Source of the DNA: Ignavibacteriota bacterium
GTDB taxonomy: Bacteria; Bacteroidota; Ignavibacteria; UBA10030
DNA length: 64,000 bases
Direction: 5' to 3'
NCBI GenBank assembly: GCA_963701295.1
Contig: OY969585.1
Coordinates: forward strand, 2,272,001 to 2,336,000
Below are positions 58,045 to 64,000 of the stretch, in pieces. Under the pieces are notes generated by a model. It was not told the DNA's origin. It did no database searches and saw only the letters and a program-made list of their open reading frames with translations. A program made the translations under genes and the position numbers. Positions within the stretch are counted from its first letter, which is position 1. Every line of letters starts with the position of its first letter.

Positions 58045-58966
58045 TACACTTCAATATAGCGCTCATGCGCTCCGCGGATTTCTTTTTTTATTGCTTGCCG
58101 TACTTTTCTGGGGAGGATCGGCTCCGTTGGGGAAGTTTCTTATTGTTACACGCTTCGATACACTCATCATTGTGCAGACCCGGACTTCGCTTGCGTTTGT
58201 CCTGTTGCTTATCTTTTTTCTGTTGAAAGACAGAATTGTCTTTCGAATTGAGCTTCGTGATATCTGGAAGTTTGCTATGCTGGGCGTTGTAGGAATCGCC
58301 ATCACGAATTATACCTACTACTACACAGTGAAAGAAGCATCAGTAGCAACAGCGATACTGGTGCAATATACGGCACCTGTGTGGATCGTGCTGTATGCAG
58401 TACTCATTACAAAGGACGACAAGCTCGACCGTGTTACCATCCTCTCGCTTGTTATTGCACTGGTTGGATGTTACTTTGCTGTTACTTCAGGTTCGATGCA
58501 AAGTATTAATTTGAGAGGATGGGCGATCATTACCGGGCCTCTATCCGCGTTTACATTTGCATACCAGGTCATTGGGACGAAGCAACTGATCAAACGCTAT
58601 TCTATTTGGACATTGTTATTGTATATGTTTGGCTTTTCGGCAATATTTTGGCTTTGCATCAATCCTCCATGGAATGTTATTGCGAAGCACTACACTTACA
58701 GTGATTGGGGAATTCTTTGGATGTTTGCCATCGTCTCAATCCTGATTCCGCAGATGGCATTCGCATCCGGATTGAAACATCTGGATGCTTCAACAGCCGG
58801 TATTATTAGCGTGATGGAGCCGGTGATTGCGATTGTGGCAGCATTTCTCATATTGGGTGAATCACTGAGTGTTATTCAGATGATTGGAGGATTGACGGTT
58901 CTGTTGGCAGTTGGATTGCTTCAGGCACATCCGATGATTACAAGAAAAATGATGAAGATAGAATGA
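58019..58966 (+). CDS. DMT/EamA-family transporter
   Basis: About 10 TM segments. LFWGGS, A.AILVQYTAPVW and A.IISVMEPVIA...GE. Start uncertain (57977, 58019 or 58025). Confidence 0.88.
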   Translation: MILDETKTSTLQYSAHALRGFLFLLLAVLFWGGSAPLGKFLIVTRFDTLIIVQTRTSLAFVLLLIFFLLKDRIVFRIELRDIWKFAMLGVVGIAITNYTYYYTVKEASVATAILVQYTAPVWIVLYAVLITKDDKLDRVTILSLVIALVGCYFAVTSGSMQSINLRGWAIITGPLSAFTFAYQVIGTKQLIKRYSIWTLLLYMFGFSAIFWLCINPPWNVIAKHYTYSDWGILWMFAIVSILIPQMAFASGLKHLDASTAGIISVMEPVIAIVAAFLILGESLSVIQMIGGLTVLLAVGLLQAHPMITRKMMKIE

Positions 58967-59547
58967 GAATGGAACGGCGGTTGAATCGATTGGAAACAGT
59001 GTTGCGGCAGCGTCAACCAGATTTGACGGTAGTTATGGAGAATATTCACGATCCGCACAATGTTAGTGCAATACTGCGATCATGCGATGCAGCAGGAGTC
59101 ATGGAAGTGCAGCTCATCTATACGAGTATGGAATTTCCTGATCTTGGGGAAAAGAGTTCAGCGAGTGCAAAAAAATGGGTGGCGCAACGATGTTTTGCAA
59201 GTGTTAAGGAATGCTACGATAAGCTGCGCGAAGAAGAGTATGCAATATATGCAACACATCTTGAAGTAGCGGCGAAAGTGCCGTATGAAATTGATATGAC
59301 GAGGAAAACTGCCTTTGTTGTCGGTAATGAACATGAAGGTGTATCTTTGGAAGCAGCGCAGCTTGCAGATGGAATAGTGCAAATTCCGATGTTTGGAATG
59401 ATTCAAAGCTTAAATGTCTCTGTTGCGACAGCAGTGATTCTCTTTGAAGCGGTTCGCCAGCGAATTGGAGCAGGATATTACGCGAAGGCAAGACTATCCG
59501 ATGTGGATTTGGCTAAGCTTCTCAAAGAATGGGCAATGAAAGAATAA
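58963..59547 (+). CDS. trmH: SpoU-family tRNA (guanosine-18-2'-O)-methyltransferase
   Basis: RQPDLTVVMENIHDPHNVSAILRSCDA, GNEHEG and IPMFGMIQSLNVSVA. Confidence 0.88.
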   Translation: MRMERRLNRLETVLRQRQPDLTVVMENIHDPHNVSAILRSCDAAGVMEVQLIYTSMEFPDLGEKSSASAKKWVAQRCFASVKECYDKLREEEYAIYATHLEVAAKVPYEIDMTRKTAFVVGNEHEGVSLEAAQLADGIVQIPMFGMIQSLNVSVATAVILFEAVRQRIGAGYYAKARLSDVDLAKLLKEWAMKE

Positions 59548-59563
59548 AAAGAAATAGACGTTG

Positions 59564-60235
59564 ATGAATGTTCACCTAGAGATGAAGGATTTTATTGACG
59601 AATTGGAAGCATACGCCAAACGGAAACTGAACTATCCTGTGGAAGTCGGAGAACTTTTGCAGATAGTTATGCAGACTGGATTGGTAGGTGAGTTCGCAGA
59701 TCTGATCTTTCAGGCGAAGTTTCTCGTGAGGACTCAGGAAATAATGAAGCGGATCGGTCCGGGTATGGATGGGTTTGAGAAACTATCGATAGAATTTCAA
59801 TCGAGCATGAAGAAGTCGATCGATTTCCTGAATTTGCTTATCGAAAGAGCATCCTCAGATGTCGCTCGGAAATTGGCAGACATGTTTATAGTCATGGAAA
59901 CCGACAGTTTTAGCCGATTAATGAAATTGTTCTCCGACTTGAGTTGTATAAAAAATTGGCAAGTTGACGGGAAGCCGCTTCCATATGAAACAGATTCAGT
60001 TGTAAAGTCAAGCTTGCAAAACATTGCAAAATGGAATGTCTATGGAAAGAAAATTAACTTGATCCTCGGTCAAATTCAAAAAAGTGCCTTATTATGTGCA
60101 ATCCTCTTTCTCCTTTTACTTCTTATCGATTCGCCAGTAACAATTTTCGGCTGGATCCTTTCATTGGGGATTGCGGTATTCCTTGTGTATATTATCATTC
60201 AGATTTATTCAATAAATAGAACCCCGAAGTCATAA
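59564..60235 (+). CDS. Hypothetical protein with two C-terminal TM segments
   Basis: Long ORF in operon context. Helical N-terminal part and hydrophobic C-terminal hairpin. Confidence 0.55.
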   Translation: MNVHLEMKDFIDELEAYAKRKLNYPVEVGELLQIVMQTGLVGEFADLIFQAKFLVRTQEIMKRIGPGMDGFEKLSIEFQSSMKKSIDFLNLLIERASSDVARKLADMFIVMETDSFSRLMKLFSDLSCIKNWQVDGKPLPYETDSVVKSSLQNIAKWNVYGKKINLILGQIQKSALLCAILFLLLLLIDSPVTIFGWILSLGIAVFLVYIIIQIYSINRTPKS

Positions 60236-60250
60236 TTGAGCATATAACAA

Positions 60251-61495
60251 ATGAAGTATACCCTCCTGAAGTCATTTCTGTTCATTTCTTTTTTCTCTTT
60301 GAGCTTATTTTCCGCTGAACCGATAGTAAAACCAGGCATTGATGTATTGCGCGAACGTGGCTTTGATATTCTTAAAGGTAAACGCGTCGGTCTTATCACA
60401 AATCCTACAGGCGTTACTTCCGATTTACAAAGCTCGATTGATATTTTGTTCAATGCTCCCGATGTGAAATTAGTAGCGTTGTATAGTCCGGAGCATGGAA
60501 TTCGAGGTGATCTCGATGCTGGAAAAGAAATTAACGGCTATAATGATCCGAGAACAGGGTTGCCCGTGTACTCACTTTATGGAAAAACGCGAAGACCGAC
60601 AAAAGAGATGTTGCAGAATATCGATGTGCTGGTATATGACATTCAAGATATCGGCGTACGGTCCTATACATTTATTTCGACAATGGGTTTGGCAATGGAA
60701 GCCGCGGCAGAGAATAAAATTAAATTTATTGTGCTCGATCGGCCCAATCCCCTCACAGGTGATCGTGTAGAAGGCTCCATGGTGGATTTAAAACTTAAGT
60801 CGTTCATAAGTGCATATCAAATTCCATATGTCTATGGAATGACTGTGGGTGAGTTAGCACAGATGATCAATGGAGAAGATTGGTTGAACGGTAGTGGTAC
60901 GTGTGATCTGACCGTGATTCCGATGAAAGGATGGAAGAGGGCGATGTGGTGGGATGAAACTGGATTAACATGGGTGCCGACATCGCCGCATATTCCGCAT
61001 TCTTTCACGACACTCTTTTGCGTGCTCACGGGGCTTTTGGGTGAGCTTGGCACGGCAAATCAAGGTGTCGGTTATACACTTCCTTTTGAATTGGTCGGCG
61101 CCCCATGGGTAGATGGATTCGCGCTTGCTCGTTATTTGAATAATCTCAATATGCCGGGTATCCGGTTTCGTCAGATTTCTTATATACCTTTCTATAAAGA
61201 CACTACAGGTATTCGTTATAAAGGTGTGCAGATTCATATTATTGACAGAAATAAACTCAATATTGAACAAGTGCAAATAGCAATTCTTGAGGCATTAGTA
61301 CGCCTTTTCCCTGAAAATAATATCTTCGATCGGGCGAAAGCGGATAGAGTCAATTCGTTTGACAAAGCGGTTGGGACGGATGATATACGACGAGCATTAC
61401 AAAACGGAACACCCGTCGAAGAAATTCTACGTAGGATGGATCAACAACGTGCGCTGTTTATGATCAAACGGGAAAAGTATCTTTTATACGAATAG
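60251..61495 (+). CDS. DUF1343 / NamZ-like exo-beta-N-acetylmuramidase
   Basis: Signal peptide. LKGKRVGLITNPTG, SPEHG, YSLYG, DIQDIGVRSYT, VLDRPNP, HGMT-like YGMTVGELA and WVPTSP. Confidence 0.88.
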   Translation: MKYTLLKSFLFISFFSLSLFSAEPIVKPGIDVLRERGFDILKGKRVGLITNPTGVTSDLQSSIDILFNAPDVKLVALYSPEHGIRGDLDAGKEINGYNDPRTGLPVYSLYGKTRRPTKEMLQNIDVLVYDIQDIGVRSYTFISTMGLAMEAAAENKIKFIVLDRPNPLTGDRVEGSMVDLKLKSFISAYQIPYVYGMTVGELAQMINGEDWLNGSGTCDLTVIPMKGWKRAMWWDETGLTWVPTSPHIPHSFTTLFCVLTGLLGELGTANQGVGYTLPFELVGAPWVDGFALARYLNNLNMPGIRFRQISYIPFYKDTTGIRYKGVQIHIIDRNKLNIEQVQIAILEALVRLFPENNIFDRAKADRVNSFDKAVGTDDIRRALQNGTPVEEILRRMDQQRALFMIKREKYLLYE

Positions 61496-61811
61496 CAGAT
61501 TCTCTATCGGTATAGCGTACTGAGAGGTCATCATGATTTATTATACAATGCTGCTCGAAGAATTCTCATCTCTATCGTTGCATTTCACTCAAGGCTTCGT
61601 TATTTTTAGAGGGAAGTAAAAAATGGTCCTTCAATCAAACATGAGTCCATGGAGCAAATCGAATCAGGTCATCTGGAACTGAAAGAACACATCTGTTTAT
61701 TCTTGCCTCGCTCTGCGGAATACGAGTCCCTTGAATCATCTTTAAAACTCAATTATCCTCAATTCTCTAAAGCTAGTGGTTGTTTGGTATTTGCTATGAG
61801 GAGAATTTGAA

Positions 61812-62522
61812 GTGCTGGTATCTCTTACAAAACTAATTCTTCTCATTCCTGTCACGTTGGTGTTTTCTGTCTGGGCATTAATGACTATCCCATTTGATCG
61901 GAGCGGCAGATATTTCCGTATGTCTCCATGGTGGTGGTCAAGATTTATTTTTTGGACATTTGGAATGAAGGTCTCGGTGATAGGATATGAAAACCTTGAT
62001 CCCAAGAAGCCATATATTTTTGTGTCGAATCATGCAAGTATGTTTGATATCCCGACGGTTTTTGTTGCTCTCAAAGGTAATGTGAATATTGTATTCAAAA
62101 AGGAACTGACATATGTGCCAATCTGGGGATGGGCATTACGCTATGGACATTTCATCATGATCGACCGCTCGAATCCACGAAAAGCGATGGCGAGTATCGA
62201 GCGGGCAACGCGATCGATTCGCAAGGGTAGTTCAGTGATACTCTTTCCGGAAGGAACAAGGACGCTGGATGGGAAACTGCAGCTATTCAAGCGTGGTGCA
62301 TTTTCATTGGCTGCGAAAGCAGGAGTTCCTGTTGTGCCGCTTACAATTAACGGTACATATTCAATAATGCCCAAGGGATCTCTCAATATTAAACCGGCGA
62401 ATATTTCTGTCGTTCTGGGAAAACCCATTTTTACATCAGATCTTAAGGGAAAAGATGGTGAATTGAAGCTGATGAAACAAGTGCATCATGTAATCGAAAA
62501 GAATTATATTAACCAATCGTGA
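61812..62522 (+). CDS. plsC: 1-acyl-sn-glycerol-3-phosphate acyltransferase
   Basis: NHASMFD, IDR, FPEGTRT and FKRGAF. Confidence 0.85.
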   Translation: MLVSLTKLILLIPVTLVFSVWALMTIPFDRSGRYFRMSPWWWSRFIFWTFGMKVSVIGYENLDPKKPYIFVSNHASMFDIPTVFVALKGNVNIVFKKELTYVPIWGWALRYGHFIMIDRSNPRKAMASIERATRSIRKGSSVILFPEGTRTLDGKLQLFKRGAFSLAAKAGVPVVPLTINGTYSIMPKGSLNIKPANISVVLGKPIFTSDLKGKDGELKLMKQVHHVIEKNYINQS

Positions 62523-62530
62523 GATATTTT

Positions 62531-62826
62531 ATGGCTGTTACCATTAAAGATGTTGAACACATTGCCAAATTGGCGAAATTGGAATTTACGGACGCTGAGA
62601 AAGAAAAATTCACGCACCAGCTAAATCAAATTCTTGAGTATGTGGAACAGATGAACAAGCTTGATACAAGCCACGTTGAACCACTTTCACATGTTATAGA
62701 ACTGAGCAATGTGTTTCGTGCTGATGAAGTGAAACAAGGTGTCTCAACTGAAGAAGCATTGAAAAATGCTCCGTCAAAAACAGAAGAGTTCTTTAAAGTA
62801 CCGAAAGTAATTAACGAAAAATCGTA

Positions 62827-62827
<1 letters not shown>
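62531..62827 (+). CDS. gatC: Asp/Glu-tRNA amidotransferase subunit C
   Basis: DVEHIAKLAKL...ILEYVEQMN.LDT..VEP...N.FR.D...ALKNAP....FFKVPKVI. Confidence 0.92.

Positions 62828-64000
<1,173 letters not shown>

Overview
Bacterial chromosome segment, most likely from an Ignavibacteria-like member of the FCB group. This is inferred from the many C-terminal 'NYPNPFNPST' T9SS/Por sorting domains, a PorV-like gene and a GWxTD gene. Nearly everything is on the + strand. Positions 1.1-41 kb form an accessory carbohydrate locus. It begins with a solute-binding protein / sensor kinase / sigma-54 activator regulatory trio, followed by a TonB-dependent receptor with no SusD, a large CTD-bearing secreted protein, a PorV-like barrel, an IPT lipoprotein and a tandem CBM9-like secreted protein. 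Next come a Na+/sugar symporter, GH94 cellobiose phosphorylase, two secreted DUF362 proteins, a DUF4380 protein, two SGNH-TPR membrane proteins, a GWxTD protein and a secreted GH3. It ends with an sxtJ-sxtI-sxtK-like carbamoyltransferase trio, a small OM barrel and a ROK kinase. A tRNA-Asp follows, whose 5' half is duplicated about 2.9 kb upstream, bracketing a one-gene islet. The rest is core-like: HU, GH57 (frameshifted), a GH13 lacking its catalytic residues, yjbQ, lipid A/LPS enzymes, tRNA-Arg, an Rsb-type partner-switching module, a DMT transporter, trmH, namZ-like, plsC, gatC, kdsB and a partial pyrG. Best leads: (1) the carbamoyltransferase microprotein ends in a DltX-like FIYxxF acyl-shuttle motif, and SGNH proteins lie nearby; (2) a SusD-free, T9SS-tethered glycan uptake system with uncharacterised secreted enzymes; (3) the 5'-type tRNA integration scar; (4) the GH13 pseudoenzyme lipoprotein. 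All family assignments come from recognising motifs by eye, not from database searches.
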